Source: an uncultured Gammaproteobacteria bacterium (GTDB taxonomy: Bacteria; Patescibacteriota; Patescibacteriia; SBBC01; CAIJZX01). From it: a stretch of DNA of 64,000 nucleotides. Below are positions 11,610 through 23,100 of the stretch, in pieces (the stretch's first letter is position 1; every line of letters starts with the position of its first letter). The DNA lies in NCBI GenBank assembly GCA_964518425.1, contig CAZFGG010000001.1, forward strand, positions 54,597-118,596. Direction: 5' to 3'. The position numbers were made by a program, and so were the translations under genes. Under the pieces are notes generated by a model. The model searched no databases and had not been told where the DNA came from. It was given only the letters and a program-made list of their open reading frames with translations.

Positions 11610-14600
11610 CACGTTTTATCCAATCGCTCTCGTCACGAATCGCCCTCAGCGGAGTATCCGTGGTGATCATGGTTTTCCTGGCCCTCCATCTTTCACCGGT
11701 TGCTTGGGGTGCGCCGATATGTCTGGCTGGAGACTGCTCGGGAGGGGAAGTGTGTGTTTCAACCCAAGGCTGCGTGGCCATTAGCATGTCAGTCAACACC
11801 ATCGTGACGGCCACAACAGTTGGATACAACGTTGATGTGAATGGCGTTGATCCATGGACGCTCTACGCCTGCCTCGGGCCCCGTACGGTCTGCGACACCA
11901 AACCGCACTCGGATACAAATTTTTGGAAGCAGGTTGGTGCCGTCGACCTCAAGACGAAGTTCGCGGTTTATAACGTTCGTCCGGGTAAGACCTATACTGC
12001 TTCACTCTTTGTTCAAACCGATCCAACCACAACGCTTGAACAGGAAGCCACGGCCACGACCTGGCCAGCTTTTCCCGCCCCTCCGACAATCAGCAACATT
12101 GGCCAGAATACAGCCACGATTAATTGGGCGCTGCCATTCTCAGCCGATTCAAAAGTGCGTTATGGTATTTTCCCCCAAGACTGGCAAAGTGAATATTCTT
12201 TGCCAGCCGGACAAACATTCTCAGCCGTCGCCGGGCTCAGTTCGGGAAAATCCTGGGCCGTTGGCCAAAGTGGCGCCATTGTGAATCGAACTATTTCGGG
12301 CTGGCAAGTACAAAATAGTCAGACGACCGCTGATCTCATCACGATTGATGGCTACGACGATAATTCTTTATGGGTCGCGGGAAAAGCCGGAGTAGTGCTC
12401 CGTACAACGAATGGGGGCGGATCCTGGGATTCACAAAGCGCACTCTATTCAAACCCAGCCGATGATATTTATGGCATCAGTACCTCAACCGACTCGACGG
12501 CCTGGATTGCTGGTACTCAAGGGGTCCACTTTTTTGACGGCAGCCTGTGCCAAACACGAACACCGCCAGTCTCCGGTTCTTTCTATTCAGTCTTAACCCT
12601 CAATAATCATGAAGTGTGGGTTGGAGGCAGCACCGGCAAGGTCTATCATACTATCAATGGTGGAACGATCTGGACGACGCAAAACACCGGAGGAGCTGGT
12701 ACCATTAATACTTTAGCTAGTCTTGATGGTAAAACGATTTGGGCTGGAGGCGCGAACGGTGGACTCTGGCGCTCAACTGACAGCGGGCAAACGTGGTTGA
12801 CGATGACGACGGGTACGGCGCAGCAAATAAATAGCCTATCCATGCTCTCACCATCGGAAGTCTGGTTCGGAGCCGCAAATGGAATAGGTAGTTCAACGAA
12901 TGCCAATGGTGCAAACCCTACATTCACGTTTGACGCGAGCGTCCTCGGCGCAGTCCCGTCTGTACAGAGCATTGCCTTCGCGAATGGATCAAGTCTGATT
13001 GCCGTTGGCCAGAATAAGCTGGGGGCCTATCGCTGTCACTCGAGTCCGACCTCGTGTGCGAATGTTCAAAGCGATTCAAATATTATTGTTCCGCCCAGTA
13101 GCCATAGCGTTCAACTCAACGGTCTATCGCAAGGCCAGCCATACTTTTTCTCGGTCGAATCCGTTGGTTCGGGAGTCGGCTGGGGAGCTTTTGGAACATT
13201 CATGACCGGCCAACCGGATACTATTCCTCCCGTGACCGCCTTTATCAATCCACCCTCTCCCGGCCCGACGTATACGAATACCACGCCATTCGCGGTAACT
13301 GGGACAGCCAGCGATACCCCGCCTGGTTCCGTCCAGAGTGTCACGTTAACAAAAAACGGCACACCGCAAAGCGTCAGCGGTACGACCTCGTGGTCATCAA
13401 ATGTGGCTCTATCACCTGGCCTGAACGCCTTGGTGGCGACGGCGACTGATGGCGGCAGCAATACCGCCACCGCCAATAGCAGTCTCTTCTACGACGCGAC
13501 AAAGCCAGTAGTTTCTATTACTGCACCGACCAACGGCTCAACAGTCAATACCAATCCTTTTAACGTTACCGGAACCTCAACCGATAATGCGGCCAACGAC
13601 TCGGGCCTAGCCTCCATTGTGATGACGGTGAATGGTGGAAGCCCACAAAGTATTGCGGTCGCGGCCGGTACGGGATCATTCAACTGGAATGCTTCAGCCA
13701 GCCTCAACGTTGGATCGAACACCGTCGCCGTCACGGTCGCTGATCGAGCGGGGAACACGCAAACGACTCAAGTGACCTTCACCTATGTTGCCCCGAGTTT
13801 TAATCTGACTGTGACCCCGGCCAGCCAAACAGCATTTTCTGGAGATATTGTGACCTACACCGCAACGCTGACTTCGCAAAATGGCTTTGCCGGCTCGGTC
13901 AATTTGTCGGCCGTTGTTGCCCCCGGCGGCCCGACCGTCTCATTCAGTCCAAGTGTTGTTACCTTGACTGCCGGTTCAACGGCTACGAGCACCCTGACGG
14001 TTGCGACGGCCGGCGCTAACGGGAATACGTATACGATCACCACGACCGCTACCGGCGGTAGTGTTACAAAAACAGCCAGCGTCCAACTCATTCTCAAGGC
14101 TGCTCCTGACTTCAGCATCTCCGCCACCCCCTCGCCGCTGAGTATCATCGCCGGACAATCAGGTAGCTACACGGTCACCGTGTCGGCCAATAATACGTTT
14201 GCTGGACCAATCACCTTTTCAGTTACCGGTATCCCATCGAATGTGACCGGAACATTTAGCCCCCCCTCAGTTACCTTAGCGAACTCTCAAATTACGACGG
14301 TCAGTCTCAATATCGTGACCCAAGCCACTGCGGCCAATGGTGATTACCCATTAACCATTACCGGTAACGGAACGAATGCCGCCAACGGCCAGATTATCAC
14401 GCCCGCGCCAACCACATCAGTCATTCTCCATATCAGTCCAGCTCCGGATATTGGCCTCAATTTTACGCCAGCCAGCCAAACGGCTAATGCCGGAGGATTA
14501 GCGGTCGTGTACTCGGGGACCGTCACAAGTATGAACGGTTTTGGAGGAACGGGGACGCAGGTCAACCTGACGGTGACGAGTGATTATGCAGGCTCTGGTT

Positions 14601-15757
14601 TAACCATGACGCTCCAACCAAACCAAGTCATTCTCGCTTCAGGTGATGTCAAAACGACAGCCTTGAATGTCATCGTGGCCAATAGTGTTCCGGGTGGTAC
14701 GTATCATCTGACAGTCACGGCCAGTGGCGGCAGTGTCACGAAGCAAGCCACTGTCAACCTGGTCGTCAATGAAGATACCTCTCCACCGATCATCACGAAT
14801 ATCGTGCCCACGCCGAACTTCGATCGTGTCCGCATTACCTGGACGACGGATGAACCGGCGAACTCGGCCATAAAAATCTATACGGATGTCGCCCGAGCTA
14901 ATCAATATGGACAGAACGAGACGCTCAGCACATTCTGCACCTCCGCTTGCCATGATTTGGTCTACGCGACCTTGGCGCCATTGACGACCTACTACTTCAC
15001 CGTCACCTCAACTGATACCGATCCTACGCCCGGTGGACCGCGGACGACGATCGCTACGACCGATGCCAGCGGAAACCCTTTGCAGTTCACGACACTCGAC
15101 ACTCCAGACACGACCCCTCCGGATGTTACCCTCGTGACGCCGGCTGATCAGACGACGGTCACTGGGAATACTGATGTCACTGGGCACGGCCATGATGATA
15201 AGAAAGTTGATCATATCAAGCTGGCCATTGATAACCTGACCCCTGGCACAACGGAGCCGCCGATCGCCACAACTATTGGATGTAGCGGACAGGACTGCGA
15301 TTATTCGTATACCTGGAACACTGGCGCCTTCGGTGCCGCCGGAAATGGTGTCCACACGGTCACGGTCACCGCTGTTGATGGTGCTGGCAATCCATCCTCG
15401 CCAGTCACGCACACGGTCACCGTCGACAATGACTTCACCGACCCACAGCTGACCAGCGGACCAGACGCCATTAATCTTGTCTGCACGACGACTTGCAAGA
15501 TCACGATCGTCTGGACGACCGATGACCAGTCGACGAGCGAAGTCGGCTACGATACTCCTGTTCCGCAGTACTGCGATCCAGTCTCGGGCGCCTGTACCTA
15601 CAGCCAGCATCAAGCCTACGACGATGCCGCCCCGAGTGATTCGTCACCAGCGTATACCAGCCATAGTGTTACCTTAACGAACCTCAACAAGAACGTTCTC
15701 TACCATTATCGCGTCTTCAGCTGTAATAAAACTGGCCGCTGCCTGCAAAGTGGCTAA
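11606..15757 (+). CDS. Large exported protein with Asp-box/YCF48-like propeller, tandem Ig-like and FN3 domains (1383 aa)
   Basis: RTTNGGGSW, HTINGGTIW and RSTDSGQTW; DTIPP and DTTPPDV Ig starts; ITWTTDEPANS and HSVTLTNL..YHYRV FN3-like motifs. Confidence 0.85.
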   Translation: MTRFIQSLSSRIALSGVSVVIMVFLALHLSPVAWGAPICLAGDCSGGEVCVSTQGCVAISMSVNTIVTATTVGYNVDVNGVDPWTLYACLGPRTVCDTKPHSDTNFWKQVGAVDLKTKFAVYNVRPGKTYTASLFVQTDPTTTLEQEATATTWPAFPAPPTISNIGQNTATINWALPFSADSKVRYGIFPQDWQSEYSLPAGQTFSAVAGLSSGKSWAVGQSGAIVNRTISGWQVQNSQTTADLITIDGYDDNSLWVAGKAGVVLRTTNGGGSWDSQSALYSNPADDIYGISTSTDSTAWIAGTQGVHFFDGSLCQTRTPPVSGSFYSVLTLNNHEVWVGGSTGKVYHTINGGTIWTTQNTGGAGTINTLASLDGKTIWAGGANGGLWRSTDSGQTWLTMTTGTAQQINSLSMLSPSEVWFGAANGIGSSTNANGANPTFTFDASVLGAVPSVQSIAFANGSSLIAVGQNKLGAYRCHSSPTSCANVQSDSNIIVPPSSHSVQLNGLSQGQPYFFSVESVGSGVGWGAFGTFMTGQPDTIPPVTAFINPPSPGPTYTNTTPFAVTGTASDTPPGSVQSVTLTKNGTPQSVSGTTSWSSNVALSPGLNALVATATDGGSNTATANSSLFYDATKPVVSITAPTNGSTVNTNPFNVTGTSTDNAANDSGLASIVMTVNGGSPQSIAVAAGTGSFNWNASASLNVGSNTVAVTVADRAGNTQTTQVTFTYVAPSFNLTVTPASQTAFSGDIVTYTATLTSQNGFAGSVNLSAVVAPGGPTVSFSPSVVTLTAGSTATSTLTVATAGANGNTYTITTTATGGSVTKTASVQLILKAAPDFSISATPSPLSIIAGQSGSYTVTVSANNTFAGPITFSVTGIPSNVTGTFSPPSVTLANSQITTVSLNIVTQATAANGDYPLTITGNGTNAANGQIITPAPTTSVILHISPAPDIGLNFTPASQTANAGGLAVVYSGTVTSMNGFGGTGTQVNLTVTSDYAGSGLTMTLQPNQVILASGDVKTTALNVIVANSVPGGTYHLTVTASGGSVTKQATVNLVVNEDTSPPIITNIVPTPNFDRVRITWTTDEPANSAIKIYTDVARANQYGQNETLSTFCTSACHDLVYATLAPLTTYYFTVTSTDTDPTPGGPRTTIATTDASGNPLQFTTLDTPDTTPPDVTLVTPADQTTVTGNTDVTGHGHDDKKVDHIKLAIDNLTPGTTEPPIATTIGCSGQDCDYSYTWNTGAFGAAGNGVHTVTVTAVDGAGNPSSPVTHTVTVDNDFTDPQLTSGPDAINLVCTTTCKITIVWTTDDQSTSEVGYDTPVPQYCDPVSGACTYSQHQAYDDAAPSDSSPAYTSHSVTLTNLNKNVLYHYRVFSCNKTGRCLQSG

Positions 15758-15763
15758 ACGACT

Positions 15764-18700
15764 ATGGTGACCCGACCCTCAACTCATAAACGATTCACGC
15801 TGATTTTCTTGGCGGTGGCTTTAGCCGTGATGAGTTACGTTCGATCATCATCAGCCCAAACCAGTGGTCCTCAAATTACCTCGATCACTGTCTCGAATGT
15901 TTCCTCGAATAGCGCCGACATTGGCTACACCATAAACCCAGCGGCGGGCAGTCGGATTGTTTACGATTTGTCCGCTCATGCCCAAGCAAGTGACTATCAG
16001 TTTGCCTGCGACGGTAATGCCTGCGGAATCCCGCCCTCGTCGGCCACCTACACTGCCGATGTCACCAGTAACGTCCTGACGATTACCGGCCTTCAGATCA
16101 GCACCACGTATCATTTCCGCATCGAGGCAAAAAACGCCAATGGTACGACCGCCAGCGCCGATCGCACCTTCGCCACAACTGGCGCTGGCGGTGGCGGAGC
16201 AAGCGTGACCATCACCGACATTAGCTATAGCTGTGACGGATCTCAGTGCCGAGTCGGATTTAGTACCAATATTGACGCTATCGTTGAGGTTCGTTGGATG
16301 GATAACGCGGCGTACCAGGCCAATCCGCCGGCTGATTGTGATAGCTACCCAAATTCGACTGCCGAATCCACCGCGGCCAAAGGCCTGCGATCATTGCTCG
16401 TTGCTGCGCCGGGGCAACCAAAGTTAGCTCTGGATACGAAATATCATTATTGTATCAAGGCCACGGCTGGGGCCAGCCAATCGCATACCAATGACCTGAT
16501 CTTACAGACGCCAATTTCTAGTTCTGACCACACCTTCTCGACCGGGGCTTGCCCGGATGGAACGGCCATTGGTTCGTGTAACAAGGATCGGAAATATTGT
16601 GATAACAACGGTATTCTTGTCACGAGCTGTACATCAATCTGCGGCTTGATTTGCCCGAGTAATTCGACCTGTAACCAAAGCGGGCAATGCGTTGTCGATC
16701 CAACCCTAGGGACTTCGCCATACCAGTGTAATCAAGCCAGCTGCTATAACAAGAATGGACAACTCATCATTCCGGCTCCATCCGGCTGCTATGCCTCCTG
16801 GCCGCGATGTAACGCCAATACTATTTTGAAGGTCCGGAAAGACCGGGGATGTAACCTCTGGCTGACCTGCTCAACGAGTCTTCAGACCGAACCGACGGCT
16901 AACGCACCAGCCGAAAACCTCTGTCTGAGCCTGGCGGCTTGTAATAGTTTAGGGATCGAAGGTCAATGTAATAAATATCTTCCCCAAGGGCAGTGCAGCA
17001 ACGATCCGTTACGTTTCTGTTCGTCCGATACCGACTGCTTGGCCGGCGGAACGTGTAATATCTCGCCGACGGAGAACCCGACGAAGACATTACAGAACAT
17101 CACCTATCAGACGCCGGAAGACATCAGCCATATTGCCGACCTGTCTGGAAATGTTATTGCTGGCCTGGACTGGCACCAGCAAGGCGGCTCCAATGTTATC
17201 CAAGGATTCTTGCCATGGCAACTCATGCGCCAAGTTGGTGGCAACGCCGAATTGAAGAATGGAGACTTCGAGTACAATCCGCCGAGCGTTAGCCCGTGGG
17301 AAGTCGCGCCGCTAGCGAAGAATGGCGATAATCCAGGCTCAACATCAATCAACATTGATTTTGAAGACCGTGACAACAGCATCAATCATGTCTTAGTCGT
17401 CAGCCCGGTCGTGGAGAGCGCGCTAGCCACAAAACACTGTCAGGTAACGACGTATGCTAGTGGCGCGCAACAAGGCAAACCAGTTGACTGCAGCGCAACG
17501 GATAGCGTTTGTACCGCCGCCAACGATCAATGCGTAACCGATACGACAAATGTTAAGTTCTCGGGCGCTGTTTCAGGAACATTCACCGCGGCCCCATCAG
17601 AATATTACTATGCCGAAGCTCGGATTAAATCTCCTTCCGGCAACCCGCGCGTTCGTTTCCAATTTGGCTACGCCGGATATACGAAATTTAACGTCCCCAA
17701 TGGAAGCGGCTCAACGAATACCTTTGTCGACGTTCCGGTAACGAATGCCTGGCAACGGGTAACACTAGGCCCACTGAATGGCATGTCCGGTGAAACTCGA
17801 TTTGGCGCAGTCTGTGCGGAGACCGATCCAGCGACCTGCAGCACCTTCTGGCTGGATGATGTTCAAATCCGACCGGTCCTTCAGGTCGACACGAACCCCA
17901 CGTTCATCACGCCGAGCTGCCGGCTCTACCCGAAAGATGACTCACCGTCATGCGATTACGTCGATCAGAACAATGTCGTCTACAAAGGCTGGCATGGTTA
18001 CTGCCTTGAACACGATTCACAAACCGGGACCTGCTTATCCTGGTGGCCAGTTGATATCATCAAAGGTGAATCGAATGTCTTCGGCGCGGACACACCGGCT
18101 GGATATAAAGACCGGGCTCCGTTATTCATGTGTGCCGAAGCAGCCGGGTTGAATGGCTTAAATGAATTTGATGTTTCCAAGTCGTACACCGCGGGATTTG
18201 ATTACCAAAACTTCGTCGCATTTTCTCCGGCTTCCGGAAACTGTGACTCGGCAAAGGCCTCCCATTTCACCATTGCCACCTGCACTCGTGACGAGTCTGG
18301 AAATTTATTACCAATCTGGTTTGTCAAACAGGGCGCTAATCGGGCTGATGCCGGGATATCAATGGACCAGATCGTCAGCATTCATTGGAATTCGGTTGGA
18401 CAGTTCGCATCCGAGAATCCAACGTTTGTCGTTCATAATAACGATGCTCTGCGCGGCTCGACAGCATTAAGTCCAGCAGAAACCGGAACGGATGGAGGTC
18501 ATGATTGGAGAATATGGCAGAGTGTTGATGCAGCGGCCAATGAAACATCCTGGATTTTTTCTAACGTTACTCCGTGTCAGCGCGTCGGATTGAGTAATGG
18601 GGGACAAAACTGCGTCTACGGCGGGATCGTCTTTGATTCAACAACGAAGTTAGTGAAGCGGTACGAGCTGATCGAAAATGACCGCACCGATGGTGTCGAT

Positions 18701-20128
18701 GGGACAGGCGTTGCTGAGCCCGCCACATATCAGGTGGTTTTCGACCTTAAAGAATCATGCAGCACGTTAGTTGAGGTCGTCGACCCACAGGGTGATAACC
18801 AAGCCTTTGCCTCGCGAATTAATTCTTCTTCATACCAAGTACCGAACCTCCAGTATGGGAGTGGTGCCGATTTGCCACCCTACGGAGGAGCCGTTGCTCC
18901 GGCCAATGGGAACGCGTTACCAGTTGATTGGCCGCTCTTACCGATCGTCAAGCCCGATTATGTTACGTTTACACCGCCGGGCCAAGCTCGGGGAGGATCA
19001 CCATATGGCTGCAAAGGAAAATGTGATGCCTTGGTCTGCACAACCAACCCAGCCAATACTTGCTCAACACCCCAGCTCATTGACCAGTGTCAACATCCTG
19101 ACCCGACCTCAAATATTCAGCCGGGGGATTGTACCGGCACCGGCAGTGGGTTCAATGGTTCGAATCTTGGAGTCCAGAAATATACGGCGGCAGACCAGTT
19201 GACCACGGATAAACAATATTTTGCTCAAGAGCGCATCCGGCGTATCTTTGCGGCTTCGTTCGGTATTTACGCCTGGGACGCCACGTCACAAAAGTATGTC
19301 CTCTCGGGCGCCCATTTTGATAGCCCTACCCAAGTCTGCCCAGTCCAACAAGTTGCAGGACTTTGTGCCACGGTTTCCGCTACATGTAACGCCACAGCAC
19401 CCGTGACGGGTAACGGCACGTCGGCTCAGGCCGCCAAGGATAATGCGAAGTCCAAATGCCAACAAATCGTGGCCTGCGATGGGACCAAAGCCGAATGCCC
19501 GAGCAGCGGCGATCAATTAAAATACAACGACATTGCTTCCCCAACGTGCAGTGGCAGCGGTACGAACTTTACCTGTACAGCAAGCTGCATCTTTGACCAG
19601 GGTACGAATACCTATAGCAAGGCTACCACCGTTACACAGCCAGGCGGCCCGCGACCCGTCCGCCCAGCCTATCCAAATGACTTTTGTGCGGTTCCGCCGA
19701 CAGTCAGTGGATCCGCCTTCCTGAATTCGCCCGCCACGACTGCTACGATCGATAGTGGCAGTGGCACCGTCGGGATTAAGTTCAATTCCAACGCTGATGC
19801 CGACCAGGTCCCGCTGCGAACCATCAGCATTGACTGGGGTGATGGTCCGGCCTTGTCGTATAGTTACACCTTCGCCCCTCGGAACGATCCATCGAAACCA
19901 CATATCTTTGCTCACCCCTATGTGATCGGCGGAACCCCATCACCTGGATCATCCTGTGGCACTGACAGCAGTGGTCGCTTCGTCTGCGCGTATCATATTA
20001 AGATTCAGGTCCAAGACCATTGGAACTGGTGTAGCGATACCAAAACCGATGCCAGCTCGGTCAAGAATTGCAGTACCAATTCAGCCAACTGGTTCGACAC
20101 CGGCTTGACGGTCAAAGTCGCGCAATAG
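15764..20128 (+). CDS. Large exported FN3/Cys-rich/CBM-like protein with C-terminal PKD-like domain (1454 aa)
   Basis: Signal peptide; FN3 (ITGLQISTTYHFRIEA); LKNGDFE...LDDVQI; IDWGDG near the C terminus. Confidence 0.85.
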   Translation: MVTRPSTHKRFTLIFLAVALAVMSYVRSSSAQTSGPQITSITVSNVSSNSADIGYTINPAAGSRIVYDLSAHAQASDYQFACDGNACGIPPSSATYTADVTSNVLTITGLQISTTYHFRIEAKNANGTTASADRTFATTGAGGGGASVTITDISYSCDGSQCRVGFSTNIDAIVEVRWMDNAAYQANPPADCDSYPNSTAESTAAKGLRSLLVAAPGQPKLALDTKYHYCIKATAGASQSHTNDLILQTPISSSDHTFSTGACPDGTAIGSCNKDRKYCDNNGILVTSCTSICGLICPSNSTCNQSGQCVVDPTLGTSPYQCNQASCYNKNGQLIIPAPSGCYASWPRCNANTILKVRKDRGCNLWLTCSTSLQTEPTANAPAENLCLSLAACNSLGIEGQCNKYLPQGQCSNDPLRFCSSDTDCLAGGTCNISPTENPTKTLQNITYQTPEDISHIADLSGNVIAGLDWHQQGGSNVIQGFLPWQLMRQVGGNAELKNGDFEYNPPSVSPWEVAPLAKNGDNPGSTSINIDFEDRDNSINHVLVVSPVVESALATKHCQVTTYASGAQQGKPVDCSATDSVCTAANDQCVTDTTNVKFSGAVSGTFTAAPSEYYYAEARIKSPSGNPRVRFQFGYAGYTKFNVPNGSGSTNTFVDVPVTNAWQRVTLGPLNGMSGETRFGAVCAETDPATCSTFWLDDVQIRPVLQVDTNPTFITPSCRLYPKDDSPSCDYVDQNNVVYKGWHGYCLEHDSQTGTCLSWWPVDIIKGESNVFGADTPAGYKDRAPLFMCAEAAGLNGLNEFDVSKSYTAGFDYQNFVAFSPASGNCDSAKASHFTIATCTRDESGNLLPIWFVKQGANRADAGISMDQIVSIHWNSVGQFASENPTFVVHNNDALRGSTALSPAETGTDGGHDWRIWQSVDAAANETSWIFSNVTPCQRVGLSNGGQNCVYGGIVFDSTTKLVKRYELIENDRTDGVDGTGVAEPATYQVVFDLKESCSTLVEVVDPQGDNQAFASRINSSSYQVPNLQYGSGADLPPYGGAVAPANGNALPVDWPLLPIVKPDYVTFTPPGQARGGSPYGCKGKCDALVCTTNPANTCSTPQLIDQCQHPDPTSNIQPGDCTGTGSGFNGSNLGVQKYTAADQLTTDKQYFAQERIRRIFAASFGIYAWDATSQKYVLSGAHFDSPTQVCPVQQVAGLCATVSATCNATAPVTGNGTSAQAAKDNAKSKCQQIVACDGTKAECPSSGDQLKYNDIASPTCSGSGTNFTCTASCIFDQGTNTYSKATTVTQPGGPRPVRPAYPNDFCAVPPTVSGSAFLNSPATTATIDSGSGTVGIKFNSNADADQVPLRTISIDWGDGPALSYSYTFAPRNDPSKPHIFAHPYVIGGTPSPGSSCGTDSSGRFVCAYHIKIQVQDHWNWCSDTKTDASSVKNCSTNSANWFDTGLTVKVAQ

Positions 20129-20129
20129 T

Positions 20130-23100
20130 ATGAAACGATTTCTTTCACGCTTGCGCCGAATCCCCCATCGCTGGGCGCTGTTGAGTAGCCTGGTTATCGT
20201 CGTAGTACTCATAGTTATTTGGCCGAGTCCGGCCCGGGCTGATGTTCAGCAGGTCATCTTCAGTGATATCTTAAGCCCGATCGTGACGGCCATGATCCGG
20301 CTCTTCGCCTTATTGACCGCCTACATCGTCGGACTCCTCATTCTCGTCGCCCAACAAAATAATTTCATCAATTCCGCGCCCGTCGTGACGGGCTACCCGA
20401 TCGTCCGCGACTTAGCGAACATGATCTTCATTATCGCTTTGTTGATTATTGCCGCCGGTACGATTCTACGCTTAGAGAATTACCGCTACAACCGCTTGCT
20501 CGGCCGGCTGATTGTCATGGCGTTCTTGGTCAACCTGGCGCGCTTCATTACCGGATTCTTCATTCAAACCTCGCAGGTGTTCATGCTGACGTTCGTCAAT
20601 GCGTTCAAAGACATCGCCCTTGGTAACTTTGCCAACATGTTCGGCTTAGATGTGGTCTTGAAATTCAGCCAACAGAACCCGACGGCGACAGATGCCTCGT
20701 TATTCATGACCTTGGTTGGCGGCCTGGCCATGATGATTATCGCCTTCTGTGTCATCTTAGCCGTTGTCGTCATCCTGATCGTCCGGATCGTGGCCTTATG
20801 GATATTGACCATCTTATCGCCGCTGGCCTACGCCTTACGCATTATCCCGAACACCGAACGGTATGCTTCCCAGTGGTGGAGCGAATTCGGAAAGTACGTC
20901 GTTTCCGGTCCGGTCCTGGCCTTCTTCCTCTGGCTGGCACTTGCCTTGAGCGCCGGTTCGGCCAACCAAAGTAGTGTCCTTTTCCAGAGCGTCAACGGCA
21001 CGAGCGGCGCGAATGCCAATCTCACGAATCAGGTCCAACAGCAACTCGCTCCGATTCAGAAGGATTTTGTCACGGAGATTTTCTCGATGCCCCGGCTGAT
21101 GACCTTCATCGTCTCGATCATTTTCCTGATGATGGGTATGCAGTACGCCAGTAAATCGGGCGGCGCGGGAGCCGGATTTGCGAAAAGAATATATGAGAAA
21201 GGACTTGGTGTCGGCGCGACGGCTACTGGGTTGAACGCTATCCGCAGCCAAATCAACGAACGAGCGGTTGCTCCGGTTCAAGGCTGGATTAAAAACCGTC
21301 AGGCGGCTCGGCAAGGGAGGATTCAGGAACGAACGGCGGCCCTCGAGTCGGCCGGCGCCCGTATTCGATCGCAGGCCCCGGTCATGCCCGGTATTCTTGG
21401 CCGCGAAGGCCGCGAACGGGCAGCCGCGAGTGCCCAGAATATTGAAGGACAACGGACCCAGCAATTCATCCAATCCCGCGGTTTACAGAATTTGCCGCAT
21501 GACGACGTTATGACTCGTTTCTTGACGACGACCGGTCGCGAACAATTAGCGGCCATGACGGTCTTAAAAGACCGCGGGCGGATTAATCTCCAAGACCCCA
21601 ACCAAGAAAAAGCCTTCAACCAGGCTATGGCCTGGAACCGTGTCCCAGAAGGCGATCGCCTAAAGATGCGTGAGGAGATTTTTCGATCCAATATGGGAGG
21701 TATGGATGAGAATAGTATTCGCGCCCGCCTGGGAGCTTCAACCGATCCGGAACAGCGGATCCAATTTGCTCAAGAGCTCCAGCGCCGGCAACTGTTAAAA
21801 GTAGGACGAGCCGAAGATGAACAAATTTCAGCCGGACTGCTGAACGATTTGGCGGCTAACCCGGAACGGTTGCAAGCTGCTCGTGAATCAATGATGAAAA
21901 CCAATCCGGACATGGCAAAAAAAGTCATCTTCGGGAGCCTAGCGGATTCATCAAGTCGGAGAGCGTTCTTGAGCGCCATTCAACAGAAGCAAATGAACCC
22001 GTCGGCTTTAAATCATGCAGTTCAAGATACTTTTGCCCGAGCGGGTGAAGCTGCCGCAATAGGTAATTTCCTGAATCAAATCAGCCCGGATGCAGAGACG
22101 CTGAATTCGTATAGACGTCAGATGGATCCAGAAGCGGCTCAGGAAATTTTCAGTCACCTCACGATTGCCGATGATGCTTCAGCTGAAGAACGGCAGAAAG
22201 TTGCCCGTGTAACAGGAGAATGGGGCAAGGCATTTACGCAATCCAATGGCACCTTCTTAACCGCAAAAAACTCTGATGGCACATCAAAGAAAAATTCTGA
22301 TGGAAGCGATGTCACACTTGCACAAGAGTTTGCCAGCAAACTAGGTGGAGAAGAAATCAGTAAGAATATTTCTCTGCAAGCTCTGAAAGATCAGAATGTC
22401 TTACAGTCCTTGAGACGATCAGATAATATGAAGGCCTCTCATTGGGAAGCCCTTCGCAAACGGAATAAGGAAACACGTGCGGCGCTTGAGGAAGGTTTGA
22501 AAGGTTATGCTGATCACCTGGGTGCCGAGGCTTATGATAAGCAAGGAAATATTATTCTGGATCTCGAGAAGCTCGGGGGGAATGAAGATCGCTTTAAAGA
22601 AAATGAATTTGTTGTTCGTAACTTGATGTTGGCTAGTAAAGGCAAAGAGAATCGGTACAACTTGGCTGATGAGAAAGCCCGCCAAGCGTTTGAGCGCTTA
22701 GTCAGCGGTGCCAGCGCTGCAGACTTAAGTGACATAACAAAGTCGCCAGTTTATGCGGCTCATACTGATACCGTTAATCTCCTCTTTGGTTGGAAGGGAA
22801 AGATGAACGAGGTAGCTGAAATGTTAACCGAAAACTATCAGTTTGCGGTGGACGCCATGAAAGAAACGGAAAAAACACTGACTGAAAAAATCAAAGCTGG
22901 CGGTCGAGAAGGAAGTATTGCCTACAACCGACTGAAAGAGATGTCCAAGCATCCAATTTTGAGTAATTATATTGCCTACCCTGAAAAGCCATCAGAAGGA
23001 GGAGGTAAGGGAGGTACGGCAGCGGCAGCTGCTGCTGGGGTAGCGGCGGGGGTAGCGGGTATGGCCGCTGCTGGTGGTATGGGAGGAAGTAGCCAGCCAG

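Noticed and set aside
5973-20128. Many 60-250 aa antisense and off-frame ORFs within the giant genes
   Set aside because: They have no recognisable motifs and are expected shadows of long coding sequences.
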